A stretch of 61,288 nt of DNA, taken from contig MU053994.1 in NCBI GenBank assembly GCA_013239625.1, positions 4,631,434 through 4,692,721 of the forward strand. Direction: 5' to 3'. The notes below the pieces were generated by a model. It saw nothing but the letters and a program-made list of their open reading frames with translations, searched no databases and was not told the origin of the DNA. This DNA is from Lama guanicoe. Its lineage: Eukaryota. Below, in pieces: positions 12,215-25,025 of this stretch (positions are counted from its first letter, which is position 1; each line of letters begins with the position of its first letter). The translations under genes and the position numbers were made by a program.

Positions 12215-15200
12215 AGCCCAAATCCTGCTCACAGAGTTAATTACCTGCGTGATCCTAATGAATCGAGCTGGGTGAGAAACAGTCCACTAGAGGAGCGCTG
12301 ACTTACAAGATGCTCTAAGATAGCAACTTCTCCTCTAACTTGCCTTTGAATAGTAATGCCCTTCAATTATCTCAGCGGAAGGTTATAATAGACATAACAT
12401 CATTACCTTCTTTGTTCAGTTTTCTCTTAACCATTCAGTTTTAAACTCTATCATGCCTTCCTCACCTGTGACTCAAAACATCATGTAAATGTGTGGTCTT
12501 AACGTGAAAGGAAGTGATTAACATATTATTCATTCTTGTGCCTGAAAAAGTAAATATGTGCATCTTTGTCATAAGTGATTCTTAATGAAGTGTATATTTG
12601 ATCACTTTTCATAACTACAGAGATAAAACGAGCTGGATTCAACTTGGGCAATTTTGCCTTCTCTGAAGATAAATTTCAAGAGAATTTTGCATCCATGCCT
12701 TATTTCCTTCTTGGGTCTTAAACCTTTAGAGAGGTTGGGGTGTCACACTCTTTGCCTAACACCGGGACTTGGGGTTAGGAGACATTCAACATCCATTGCT
12801 GAAACTAGGGATTAATTCTTTCATTGGTACTTTATAGTATCCAACTGTGACTCAACCAAACACCATCTTGTGCTTTTTGGTTTTCCTACCCTTGCTTATT
12901 CTAGGCGGCCAAGGAACACGCGCGGCTGAAAATGAAAATTCTAGTGTTTCAGAACGCAGCACTGCAAAGATGCTGAAAACTTCATTCACACTGCTTGATT
13001 TGTGATATGTGGAACTCAGAAGGTAGAACACGTTTGTATTTATTCTGCCCATCTGTCGGTACAGATGAGAGTGACGGACGTGTACAAGGAATGATGCAGG
13101 AGGGCCTCTGTCCAATTAACACACCTTGAATCTCACACAACAGCCCAAGACAAGAACGGAAGATCTAGGAACTCAGCAAAGGCTGGGTCTAGGAATGTCT
13201 TAAATTAGCCTAGGCTCAGACCAATAAAAAAGCCCATTTAGAGCAGCAGCATGGAGATCTGATGATGGGGAATCATGGCCCAGATAAACGAGGCAGATCA
13301 TCAAAGACTATTAGGCAGTTCCTTTAGAATGCTAAGAGGAGCCTATCCCTACTGTGGAAAACTTGACTACCACTGTTTACTTCCTTTTGCAGATAGGTGA
13401 TTTCACTGCTAGTTTGAAGAGGAGAAAGGGCTTGGAGAAGGGAGCGGTGGATGTCAAAGGAGTTGTTATAATTAGACCAAGCTTAAATAAAGACTTTTCA
13501 ATAAAAGGTTTAAACAGATAAAGTCCTTGAAAGTGGAAATCACTTATTTTAAAGGAGTTATAGCATTGAAATCTTGGGTTGTGACAAAAATGAAAATGAA
13601 AATGACACGACACTTCAGCTTCACTGGGATTTGGAAATGATTTTTGGCCCAGCTGCCTTTAGCTTCCAGAGATTCATAGAAGCAGACTTAGGTTTCTTGT
13701 TGGTTTGTTTGTTTTCCAGGGATAAGTCCTAGCAGTGTGCCCCTTTTGTGTGGTAAATAAGGGAAGAAATTGCACTACTCAGTTAATCTCAACTGCATGC
13801 TAAATATAAGAGCCATCTGTAGATGGACTGATTGCCAAGTCGCAGGTAAATGTGGTGTTATGTGAATGTTTTCTGACAGAAAAACACCTACGGGTGGGGG
13901 TGAAGGCTGAGAATTGCATACAATAGGCAGCCTTTAGGCAATGAACTTTAATTCATCACCTCCTCTGCTGAAGCTTGGGGTTGTTTTTAGCATAGAAAAG
14001 ATGTAAACTACAATTAAGAGGCATTTGTTACATTCATTTACACTGGAGTCTTTGTGGCATTGATGCGTCTTCTCCCTGATGTCATCAAGGTTGTCATGGG
14101 AACAAAGAATCAGTAGCTTAAAGCATCTAATTCTCTCTTCAAATACTCTCTCATCATAAAGAAAACAAAAAATGTAAAAATCCGAGACAAGAGAAATCAT
14201 TCTGGGGGGAGTGGGGTGAATTCTGAAGCTTCAGGAAGAATGAGGGTCTGTGTAGGGAAGAGAGGCTGGAGAGAGAAAGGGGAATGAGAACACTTACAAG
14301 CAAGAAATCAATATCTGGCAAACAAAAGTATTAAAGGATCATATCATCACATTTGACCTCTTTAATACAATCCAAAAAAAAAAAAATCTGCTACCTCGCA
14401 ACCCGATCATTAAAAACAAGAGAAGCAGCGATGTAGAATCATAGTAGAAACAAAGAAACAATTAAGAGGGGAATTGTCTTCTGGTCTCAGTTAGTGGCAA
14501 GGTGACCTAAGAGAGGTTCAGAGGAGAAGAAATACATAATGGCTCTTTTTAGAGTAAGCCAAGCATATTATTTTAAATGAACCATTGGAAATAAGAAAAA
14601 ATGGGTAGTATAAGCGAAAATTGGATTGCATGATAGAGTTCAAGTACAAATTACCATTTGTTTATTTTTCAGTCTCTTTTACAAGAAGGTCAGAGAACTC
14701 AATACAGTATTAAAATGCAATTTTTAAGCCTGTAGGCCTAGAATTGCTGCTTATGTAATAATCGTCTTGGAAAAGACACATCAGCCTAGCTGTGGCCTTC
14801 AAAACAATCAATGTTTGTCTCACAGAAATCTCCAGCCTTCCTGAGGATTCTCTGACCATTCTCTGTGCCTTTGCCAAAAAAAAAGAGTACTAGTTAAGGA
14901 AAATACTGATTCCCTGCCAGAATGAGACTGACCAAAAGTTAGGGTCTTTTTTTGCTATCAATTCTGGGGATCATAGTTTAGATTCATAGCTTTGCCTGTG
15001 TTGGAGTGTATGGAACAGAGAGGAAAAGAAGACGAGAAAGTGGGGAGTGAATGTTACTTTCTTCTCATTTAAGAATATACTTAGTGGGTAGATTGACAGT
15101 TTAATAGTTGGTTTCAACTGGTTGCTTTTTTGGATTAAACAAGTGCTTTTAACTGCCACCTGAGTTTTAAATGGGAGAGGATGTGGGTTGTAGTTTATTT

Positions 15201-15482
15201 TCAACCCTGCTTATTTATTTCTAGGTAATAGAAATGTGCATTGTAGCTAGCTGTTAAAATCTATAGAAAGTTAAATCAATATAACTCATTATCGCAGTGA
15301 AGAAAGGGACAGTGTATGTAAGAGTGAGGAGCTTAAAACCAAAGTATTATGAAATTCAAGGGTATATGAAAGTATCAGTCAAAAAGTACTCCATAGAAAA
15401 CATAACTGGGCAAGGATTTGGAAAACTTCCTTGGCTGGTGTGTGTTGGGGGAGTGGGTTCTCTGCCTTTATGAGTTTCCTAC

Positions 15483-15960
15483 TGTCAAAATAATTCCCTG
15501 TAATAAAATGACCTTAAAACTCAGTGAATTAAAACTACAATCATTTCTTTTCACTTATACAGCTTTGACTGAGGCTGTGCTTGGCTGGGTATAGCTCTGT
15601 TTCTACCTGAGGCTCCAGCCTGGCCTGTTCTGTTGCTGCAGGGGCTCAAGTCTGATGTGTGTGCTCATACTGCGGAACCCAGCTGAAGGGGCAGCAGCCA
15701 GCCAGGACAACGGCAGAGGCGCCAGAAGACAAGCTCAAGTGTAGAAGTGCATTTCACATCCCTGCTGGCACCAGGTTTCTGTCATATCGTTGGCTAAAGC
15801 GAGTCATATAGCAAAACTAAACAGTAAGAGGTGGTAAAACAGACTCATTCCACGCTCACATGGACAAGCCCAAAGAATGCTTCAGGGAAATACGTTTTTT
15901 TTCCATATGCATGAGAGGAAAGGAATAAACACCTTTGAACAATAATCTGAAACAATTCTA
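15483..15960 (-). mobile_element. MaLR LTR (old MLT1 subfamily, MLT1I/L-like)
   Basis: aaaactcagtgaattaaaac; ctgaaggggcagcagc; ttggctaaagcgagtcat. Confidence 0.7.
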
Positions 15961-15964
15961 ACTG

Positions 15965-16100
15965 GTTGCATGCTTTGGGGCATATCATTCAATCTCTCTT
16001 GTCCAAAATTTCTCCAGCAGAAAAAGTGGAGATAGGGATGCAATATGATATCATGGGAAAACATGAGCTTCGGAATTGTACAGACCTTGTTGAAAATCTC
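15965..16100 (+). mobile_element. MIR fragment
   Basis: Degenerate core: ttggggcatatcattcaatctctc...aaaagtggagata. Confidence 0.45.
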
Positions 16101-16187
16101 AGGTCTGTCAAGAACGAACTATGGCTCTTGAGCAAATTACTTAAACAGATTCTCAGATTTTTTTCCTGCATTTCCTTCTGGGAGAAA

Positions 16188-16715
16188 TATTGTTATCTGT
16201 TGTAGCAAACAACCCCCAAACTCAGTGACTTAATACAATAAAAGTTTATTTCTCACTTCTGACATGACCTGATACAGTTTGGGCAGCTATCCTGGGCAGC
16301 TTTTCTCTAAATGAGGGGTTAATCCAGCTAGCCCCTGCTTTCATAAATAAAGTTTTATTGGAACATAGCCACACCCATTCATTTATGTATTATCTATGGC
16401 TACAAGAGCAAAGTTTTTGTGACAGAGAGAGTATGGCCCACACACCAAAAATACTTACTGTCTGGCCCTTTATAGAAAAAGTTTACCAACCCTTCCTCAA
16501 AGCAATACATCAGGGATCCAGGCTCCTTCAATCATGGTTCCACTGTGATAGAGTCTTTCACATCTAGCCATTCAGAGAAGAGAGAAAATTGTCTCTGTGG
16601 GCATACTGTCTACTACATGGCCTTCTTCCAGAAGTGAAACATACCACTTCTCACAGTTCATTGGATAAAACCAGTCACATGCCCAACAAAACTCCAAAGT
16701 ATGGAAAAACAGGAC
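16188..16715 (-). mobile_element. MaLR LTR (old MLT1, MLT1K-like), split by MER58A
   Basis: aacaacccccaaactcagtgactta; cagggatccaggctccttc; cattggataaaaccagtcacatg. Confidence 0.7.
16313..16495 (+). mobile_element. hAT-Charlie MITE (MER58A-like)
   Basis: aaataaagttttattggaacatagccacacccattcattta...ctggccctttatagaaaaagtttaccaaccc. Confidence 0.9.
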
Positions 16716-16769
16716 ATTTTAAAACTTTCTATTAAATTGGAAAAATGAAATAAAAAGGCAGAATTTCCA

Positions 16770-17430
16770 AAAAAAAAACCCCACATATAACATTGCTAGG
16801 AATAGTCATAGTCTTAAACACCAAAACTGATAAAAGCAAAAGCATGAAAATAAACATCCAATTCAAAAAGGAAGGAAAAAAAATCAAAAAGAACAAAATA
16901 CTAAAAAGTAGAATTAATGAATGAACTAATATGTAAGTAACAAGCCAGTTTCTTGGGGAAAAAACTAGACAAATTACGATCTAAACTAGTAAAAGAAAAA
17001 AACACAAATCAAAATGATTGCTTATGGAGGCAGAGCGAAAGGAGTATGTATCGATATAAGGAATGGAAGTTCTCTGAATAGTTTTTTAAATAAAATTTAG
17101 ACTTTGAACCATGTAAATGTCTTAAATACACAAAAATTAATTTATATAAAAAAGAAACAGTAAGCAAAACTTAAAATTGAGCACAGATGGGAACAGATAA
17201 ACCTAATTTCTATGAAACTGGCAATAATCACACAAAGAATTCTTTCAAGTGATTTTTCTCATAGCTATTTGTACATCCTTGGATTTTTACAGAGCATATA
17301 TAGACAGATCTGTTTGTTATATAGTGAAGACAAAAAGAATAGCAAAGAAGTCTTAATTCAGTTGTTAATACAGTGAGAATATTGGTATTGCAATTTTGCT
17401 ACTGTATGCATATTACAAACTGGAACAACT
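16770..17430 (+). mobile_element. Old L1 fragments (ORF2 piece plus L1MC4-like 3' UTR)
   Basis: A-rich L1-like tract, then gactttgaaccatgtaaatgt and aattctttcaagtga. Confidence 0.55.
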
Positions 17431-17593
17431 GTAGATGCCAAGAGTCATTGGGACTCATAAAGACTCACGATTCTCACCAGCAGGATATTCTAGGAGGACC
17501 CTGGTCAAACTCCTCTTATAGTCCTGAAACGCCCTGAATGCTCACCATATATTTACTATGATTGTTCTTTCTTTTGAGAAAAGGATGATTGAG

Positions 17594-17759
17594 CACGTCA
17601 CTACTCAAAGTGTGGTCCATGGACCAGCAGAATTAGTATCACCTAGGATCTGGTTAAACATACAAATCGTAGGCTCCACACCTGACCTAACGAGTCTGAC
17701 TCCTCATTGTAATAACATCCCCAGCTGATCCTTAGGGACATCAAATTTGAGAAGCCCTG
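17594..17759. mobile_element. hAT-Charlie MITE (MER5A1/MER5B-like)
   Basis: ctactcaaagtgtggtccatggaccagcag...aatttgagaagccctg. Confidence 0.8.
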
Positions 17760-18159
17760 GTATGGCAGGCACCTGGAGGAACTTAGCTGAAACCAGTGGG
17801 CCAAGGGGATGTCACAGAGCTGTGGAAGATGATTCCTGGCATTTCTCAGTATGCTCCATCAAGCATGCACCCCATTCTTGCCTCTTTTCCTCCCCCAAAT
17901 CCATACACTGTCTTGGGGACAGATGCTTTCTACTTGTGAGGATGTAAGATGAATTAGGATAGAGCTTGCGGAGGGGTGGGAGGAGGGAAAATGTGTCAAG
18001 AGAACAGCAATTACACTGATGATAGATAAGGGAAAAGGCTGGCAGATATGCCTTCATTTTACTTGAAGTTTCCATTTAATCATGGCCTCTTATACACCAA
18101 AGCCCTAATCTAAAGAACTGGCTCTTATACCAATCACAAGACTTGAGGAGGTGCCACCA

Positions 18160-18300
18160 GGAAGAACTTAGGCAGGATATAAAACTATGTGCATCAGTCT
18201 CATCCGTGAAGTGGGAATAATGACAGTACCTACCTCAGAGGGCTGCTGTGAAGATTAGATGAGTTAAGCAGCTGCCCAGCATCACATGTCCTATAAATAA
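18160..18300 (+). mobile_element. MIR fragment
   Basis: gggaataatgacagtacctacctcagagggctgctgtgaagattagatgag. Confidence 0.8.
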
Positions 18301-18904
18301 CGTCCAGGTGTCATGTCAAGCCAGCCATGTGGCTCCAGCATCCAACAGTGGTTCTGAATCGCCACTTGTGCTGCCACTGAAAACTGAAAAGAGTAGTAAG
18401 TTAGAGAGAGACTGAGAAGCAGTCACTCCTTCGGTCATCACTTGGATGAACAGTCATTTCCAGATCTCCTCCTTTTGTGATAATCCAGAATCCTTAAAGA
18501 AGCCTATGGATTTTTCTGTCTGTTGTGAAAAGCTCGACCTGTTATTTCTCCCCTCAACCCATCATCGTGGCTGCCCTCTGAGCACAGGAGAGGCTTTAGT
18601 CAGTTAATTCTCAGTTACAGTATTTGAGCCTGGGATTAAAAGAAAAAAAAGCTTTGTTAGTGGCCACATCAGGTGACTCTGGGAGACGTTTAATTAACAG
18701 TTAACCATGCTTTTATTCATTTATACCACAGGGAAAGTCTTAGGGCTCAGTTTTCTGAACTAAAGTGAACCACCCTCATTTGACTCTAAGGTTTATGCCC
18801 GTTGACAAAAACTATCAAAGCAACACAAGGCAAGCAAGAGAAAAATTCAATAAATAGTATATAAAGTGAGGACAAGTATGAGACAAAAACAGGGTGAATT
18901 GCAA

Positions 18905-19120
18905 AGCAGTGTGGTAAACAAACTAATAAGCTTTAAAATCTAAAGGACCTGGGCAACACAGCTGTGTGATCCTGGAAAGTAACTTCATCCCTCTGAGCTT
19001 CTATTTCTCCATCTCTAAAGTGGGGATCATGGAGATTTTATGCGAGTTCCAGAAAACTAGCCATGTGAAGTAGTTATATAGAGCCATACAAATGGTAGAC
19101 ATTCAATAAATGGTAGCTGG
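18905..19120 (+). mobile_element. MIR SINE
   Basis: agctgtgtgatcctggaaagtaacttcatccctctgagctt...attcaataaatggtagct. Confidence 0.8.
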
Positions 19121-19529
19121 TATCTTTTTGGACTTGTAATCCTAATAACATGAGATATTTAAGGAGTTAATACATGCAAGTCTGTACTCACAGCAGCCAG
19201 GTGCTGCACATAAAGCCAGTGCTTTTATTTAGTGAAAAATATTCTTGGTAAAAGTAACGTTTACAAACACACGTTGCTTTTGCTAGCTGCTCCTTATTTA
19301 CAGCGCAAAGGAAAGGGGAAATAAAATCTCCACTTGAAGAGCTTCTAGTCAGCTATAACACAGCACAATTATAAGCCTAAGAGAAAAATTACACATGTGC
19401 ATATTCACATACAAAGGAAAATCTTTCAAAAATAGGCTTGAGGTCAAGGATGAAATAGTTAACATCAGCTTGAATACTAAGCTTTACATTGTCCACAGGT
19501 ACACTGCTATTCTTTTGTCATTTCAGATA

Positions 19530-19790
19530 ACACTAATGACTAAAACTTAGAATAAAGTCTAGAATGTGGTACACACTATGGAAGTGTTTAATATTTATTA
19601 CCTTATTTAGTAGTATAACAACCATATCAGAGCAGTCATTTTATTAGCCCCCATTTCACACATGAGGATACTGGGACACAGAGACATAAAGTAATTTACC
19701 CAGGGTCACACAGCTAGTAAGAGGCAAAGCTGGGATCCAACACCATATGGCCCTCTTCAAAGTCCAGGTCTTAGCCTGAGACCATGCCAC
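19530..19790 (-). mobile_element. MIR SINE, near full length
   Basis: cccatttcacacatgaggatactggg...tttacccagggtcacacagctagtaag. Confidence 0.85.
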
Positions 19791-21009
19791 ATCAGATGTT
19801 GATTCCCATCACACAGATAGGACCATCTGCTTATGGACGTAAATGAAGATAAAGGCAAACTTAAAGATTAAGTGTTGAGGGTTTTGGCTTATTTTTTTTT
19901 CCTGTAAAATATAATGCTATATAACCAATGTGGAAACATTGCTGGGAAGACAGTGGTTGAAAATTTACTCTATTTAGCATGTAGAATATTTTACTCCTAC
20001 CGAGTTTGCTGTCTCAGTTTCCACATGGCCAGTGATAACTCAAAGCCTCTGTGGATATGCTGTTCCGTACTGCTCCTCCGGCCTTGAATAGTAGCTCGCA
20101 GGCTTGTCAAGCCAACTGCAAAGTGTAGCTAATCAATTACAGCAGCCAGAAATAGTATATATTCATGAGTACAGCAGGGGCCTTTAACCCACAAGAGCAA
20201 GACCATTTCAGAGGATAGAAGACCAAACCTTGCAGCTCAACCTCAACTTTCACCCCGACTTCCCATTCTCAGCTGCCCCAGAGAAGTCATTTTCGGCTTA
20301 GTCTCTTGGTGATAGTCATCTGCGTCCCAAAACTATTACCCACCACGTGCCTTCCTACTTAACTCAATGTGTTCTGAGCCTGATAACCGAGACTGCTGGC
20401 GAGCTGCTCAGGACTGGAGTTAATAGGGAGACTCAATTGCATTTCACCCCAGAAGGGGTTGCATACAGGTCAGTGCTGAGATAATCAGCCAAGCAGATTA
20501 CGCCTTAGCCATCCCTGCTGCTGCCGCTGGTTGCTTCCTAACCTGAGAAAATTCAAAACTATTTATTGACAAATAAAAGTGACGACTGAAATGCTAGGAA
20601 ACCATCTCCTTATTTTCTTAATCGAGATTGGACACAGCGAGTACCCCAGACACGGTTTTGTTTTGCCTTCTAATTCTTCCTTCCAAATATTTTATGTTAA
20701 ATCTCAATTGTTGAGAAACAATGTGAAGTCAACAACAGCTTTCCCCAGCCTAAGATAGCCACAGCTTGATCTGCAACAGAAAATGTCAGTGATAGTACAG
20801 CCTAATTGATTGCTTAACAGGAAAAAGATATGATTCATGTGTTTATACATTTTTAAGGTCTTAAATTTATATCTTACTAAGCCAAGAAGTATTTCCATAG
20901 AACTATTATGTAAACAAAGTTTTGTTGCAGGTTCTATGATTTATACAGAATGTATATTTATCAAAGATATACCAGATATGTTACACACTAAGGATTCAAG
21001 TAATTAAGA

Positions 21010-21122
21010 CATGAGAACTTCATCTTCATTACTTAATCTAACCCTAAATACTTCCCCGAAGCCCCATCTCCAAATACCATCACATTGGGGGTTAGGGGTT
21101 AAACATAAGAATTTGGTGGGAA
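21010..21122 (-). mobile_element. MaLR LTR 5' fragment (MLT1A-like)
   Basis: gccccatctccaaataccatcacattgggggttaggg. Confidence 0.8.
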
Positions 21123-21792
21123 TAAGGTCAATATATAAAAATCAGTTCTGTGTGTAATACATACAAATATAAAATATACAATTGGGAATTGAATTTAAAT
21201 AAATAATACTATTTACAATAGCATCAATATATGAAATACTCAGGGATAAATTTGACAAAATATGTGCAAGACCTGTAAACTGAAAAATACAAAACAATGC
21301 TGAGGAAAATTGAAAAAGACCTAAATAAATGGAGAGATATGTCATGTTCATTGATTGGAAGAATCAATACTCTTAAGATATCAAATCTCCACAAATTGAT
21401 CTATAGATTTAACACAATCTCAATTCACTCAGTGTTTTGTGTGTGTGTGTGTGTGTGTTTGAAAAATAACAAACTGATTCTAAAATATATATGAAAAACC
21501 AAAGGATCTAGAATAGCCATAACAACTTTGGAAAATGAAAACAAATTGGGGAGAGCATATACAATCTGACTTTAAGATTTAGTCTGAAACTACAGTTAAG
21601 AGAGTATGATATTGACATAAATATAGACAAATAGATAAGTGAAATAGAACAAAAATAGACCCACACATATATGGTGCAATGATTTTTGACAAGGGTACAA
21701 AGTCAATTCAATAGCAAAAGGATAACAATTTTAACAAATGATGCTGAAATAATTAGATATTCATATAGGAAACAAGTTAACCTTGACCCAAA
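21123..21792 (+). mobile_element. L1 ORF2 fragment
   Basis: gacctaaataaatggagagatat; translation DLNKWRDMSCSLIGRIN...LIYRFN matches L1 ORF2; contains a (TG)n at ~21438. Confidence 0.85.
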
Positions 21793-21793
21793 C

Positions 21794-22012
21794 TGTTTCA
21801 GTTTTTTATCACTGCAAAAAAAAATATCCTCAAACGTGGTGGCTTAAAATAATACCCACTTATTAACTCACAGTTCTTTAGAAGAAGTCTGGGTATGTTA
21901 TGACTGGATTCTCTTCCCTGTGTCTTCGAAGGCTAACATTGGTGTGTCAGCCAAACTGTGTTATCATCTGGAGCCCAGAGTCCTCATCCAAGCTCATGTG
22001 GTTGTGGCAGAA
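21794..22012 (-). mobile_element. MaLR LTR 3' fragment (MLT1E-like)
   Basis: gtggcttaaaataata...ctcacagttct; ccaagctcatgtggttgtggcagaa. Confidence 0.75.
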
Positions 22013-22133
22013 GCAACCATCCTTGCTGACAACTTGGTCACAGACAGCTAGCCTCCAGAAATGTGAGACAATAAATTTTTGTTAAGCCGCTCAGTTTGTG
22101 GTACTTTATTATGGCAGCCCTAGGAAACATACA
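22008..22133 (+). mobile_element. MaLR LTR 3' fragment (MLT1B/C-like)
   Basis: gcctccagaaatgtgagacaataaattt...ggcagccctaggaaacataca. Confidence 0.8.
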
Positions 22134-22167
22134 AGTGGCATAAAATAATACTTTATTATTGCTAAAA

Positions 22168-22665
22168 TGTATTAGGGTTCTCCAGAGAAAAGAGAGAGGA
22201 ATTCATTATAAGGAACTGGCTCACACAATTACAGAGACTGACAAGTCCCCAAGGTCTGCAGTCAGCAAGCTGGAGACCCAGGAAAGCCAAAGTTGCGGTT
22301 CCATTCTGAGTCCAGAAGCCTAAGAACCAGGAGAGCCAATGATGTAAATTTCCATCTGAAAGCCAGCAGGCTAGAGACCCAGGAAGAGACAATGTTTCAG
22401 TTCAAGTCCAAAGGCAGGAAAAGACTGACATTCCAGCTCAAGTGGTCAGGCAGGAGCTCCCTGTTACATAGCCTTTTTGTTCTATCCTGGTTTCTGGAAG
22501 AGGCCAGTCCACATTAAAGAAGGCAATCTGCTTTTCTCAGTCTACAGATTCAATTGTTAATCACATCTAGAAACACCATAACAGAAATAACCCAGAATAA
22601 TGTTTGGCCAAATGTTTGAGCACTCTGTGGCCTAGTTGAGTTGACATATGAAATTGACCATCAAA
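22168..22665 (-). mobile_element. ERVL solo LTR (MLT2B-like)
   Basis: ttagggttctccagagaa; taaggaactggctcac; caagctggagacccagga; agttgacatatgaaattgaccatca. Confidence 0.9.
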
Positions 22666-23242
22666 ACTGTGCATTTTAATATAAATAAAATTGTACAATT
22701 TTGACATGTTTATTGGTCTATTTTTTTTTGCTTCTTTTGTGAATTGCTTACTCATATCCTTTGCGCATTTTTCTATTGGAGTACCCATTTAAAAGCTCTG
22801 TGCCTGTTTAATTAAAGGGCCATATAACAATTAATAAACATGTCGAGAGCAGATACAAGCACCCATAATTCAAAGCTATTTTTATTTTCAAATGTTATTT
22901 TTCATTATGAGAGCTCATTGTTGCATGATAGCAGCTTTAATATATAATTTTGTATCATGGTGTTTTAATTTATTTTACATCAAATATTAAAAAATTATTT
23001 AACATCCTATTCTAAAGTAAAAGTGAGGAAGATGAAGCAGTTTGAAAAGAAGGCATTTGTTGAGATATAACCCAAGTTTAAAAGAAAAGCTCTTATACCT
23101 TTACTATATTTCTTTCTCCCTCTTTACTTCCTATGTAACTGTTTTTGTCTCTTTTATTACTTAGCTATTCATTCTAGAACTGGTCCAGAGCAGTCCAAGA
23201 TTAAATAACATAACAAAGTCACCAGTTTTGACTCCTTCGTAA

Positions 23243-23333
23243 GTGCTCAGTGCGGAGAAGAAACTTGCACATTGGAAGAATATAAGCAGGGATTAATATT
23301 GGCCCCCTGGCAATACTGACACTTAGTGTAAAC
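23243..23333 (+). pseudogene. Highly diverged U6 snRNA-like retrocopy (tentative)
   Basis: Ordered blocks GTGCTC, CGG, ATTGGAA, GATTA, TGGCCCC, GCAA, TGACAC at U6 spacing; roughly two-thirds identity by eye. Confidence 0.5.
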
Positions 23334-23894
23334 TTTAACAAGGCAGGGGGATCTCTCTTCTCAGATATAATGTAGCAAATTTTGCTCACTACAAGTGGGT
23401 GCTACATATTCTAATTTGAATGGAGTTAGGCCCAGAATATAAGGTTCTGGAAAACAGTGTTCTGTTAAAAAAAAAAGGGGGGGGGGAAGTCATATCCAAT
23501 CAGGTCTGAAAGTCACACACACAGCAAAGAACCTTTCACACACGCTGAGCCCAGTATGTCTGAAAGGCTGCCTTTCTCCAAGGAGCTCAGGTTACCTCCC
23601 TTGTACTCTAAGCAGTTATTTCTCAAAAGACACACCTACAGACCAGCTTGAGGCAATTTTTCTTGAGCAGGGCAACCCAGGGCATTGGAAAAAGCTGAAT
23701 TTAGATTCAGAGGCCAGAAAACTGGGGAAGGGGAGTGACAACCTCAAGTTCATACCTGTAATAAATACCTGGGCAAGAATTCTAGTCTTCTAATTCCCTC
23801 ATGTGTTAAAGGGATTATTGGCTCGAATAATACATGTTTAAATTTAAGGTAATATTTAATTCTACAATTCTAAATCTATTGGTTATTAAATTGA

Positions 23895-24070
23895 GCTCAG
23901 ATTGTGGCTTTGTCTCTTATAAGATATGTAATTTAGTGAAAATATTTAACTATCTGTGCTTTTGTTTATACAGATAAAGAACTACCTCATTTACAAGTTG
24001 TAATGTTTGTAAAATGCTGAGCTCAGTGCCTTGCATATAGCAACCAATTAATAGTAGTAAATGGCATTTT
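23895..24070 (+). mobile_element. MIR fragment
   Basis: tgtaaaatgctgagctcagtgccttgcatatag. Confidence 0.6.
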
Positions 24071-24909
24071 TATTATCAAAAATAATAATTACCTTTTCAC
24101 TAATATAAACCTTTCCTTTTCCACTTTGTAAAATTATTTTTAAAATGTTAAAACTGTCTGGTCTTAGAGAGTAATACATTGCTAATTTACTAATCTTGCT
24201 AATCTTAAAGATGAGAAATTTGTACGCTGGACCTGGTCAAATCACCCACTGGTTAGTTCTAGAACCAGAACTGGAAGCCTGGCTTCCTGACCTTCACCTC
24301 TTACTACTACATCCCTCTCGAGTTTCCCTTCTGGTCTGTCTTATTCCCCGACTAGGAATTCCCAACAGGCTGAATGTTCTGTTGTCAATACCTCTGCTTT
24401 CCCTCAACCTTTCTATAGGTTCCTCCGGGCAAAGAGGATAAAACCTCCTTCAGTTTTATTCCTGATCCACATCCATTCCTAGGAGGGTAAGGCTTGCCCA
24501 TCCTAACCTTAATCCTCTTACGTACGTTGGACGTTCTTGGACGTTCAGTCAGCCAGACCAGCTCCCTGCTCTAGTTCCCTCTCTTCCTACCACCGGTGCC
24601 CTGCCAGAACTCTCAGAATAATCCATGTGTCTGGTCACAGGACTGATCATCTCATTTTGATTTAAAATAGCTTAAATTATTTTCCCGAAGGCAGTAGCCA
24701 ACACCCTAGGAAGGAAGAAAGAACACCTCTCTCTCTGCTTAATTAAAAGCATCTCTCTCCTCCCTACCGGTAAAATCTAATCAGAGGGCTTCTCTGACAT
24801 CCTGCTTCTCCATTTGGTTCCCCAAATGGAATTCATATGAACATGGATATTCCCCGGTACATTCTGGGTATACAAGAAAATAAAGAACAAAGTCTGGAAT
24901 GGGTTATAG

Positions 24910-25025
24910 ATTCTCATCTCCTTTATGTCATAGAAAGAGAAACTGAGGCCCAGAGGAGTTAAATGACAGCTTCTTCGATTCAGGGATTAAGTGGTGGAGT
25001 TTACCAGATTAGACTCTAAGAGAAT
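24910..25025 (-). mobile_element. MIR fragment
   Basis: gaaactgaggcccagaggagttaaatgac. Confidence 0.7.

Noticed and set aside
21010..22133. Inversion splitting a single MLT1 LTR
   Set aside because: The 5' piece looks MLT1A-like and the 3' piece MLT1B/C-like; independent deletions are simpler.
24520..24547. ttggacgttc tandem duplication with CpGs
   Set aside because: Only two 10-bp units; ordinary slippage.
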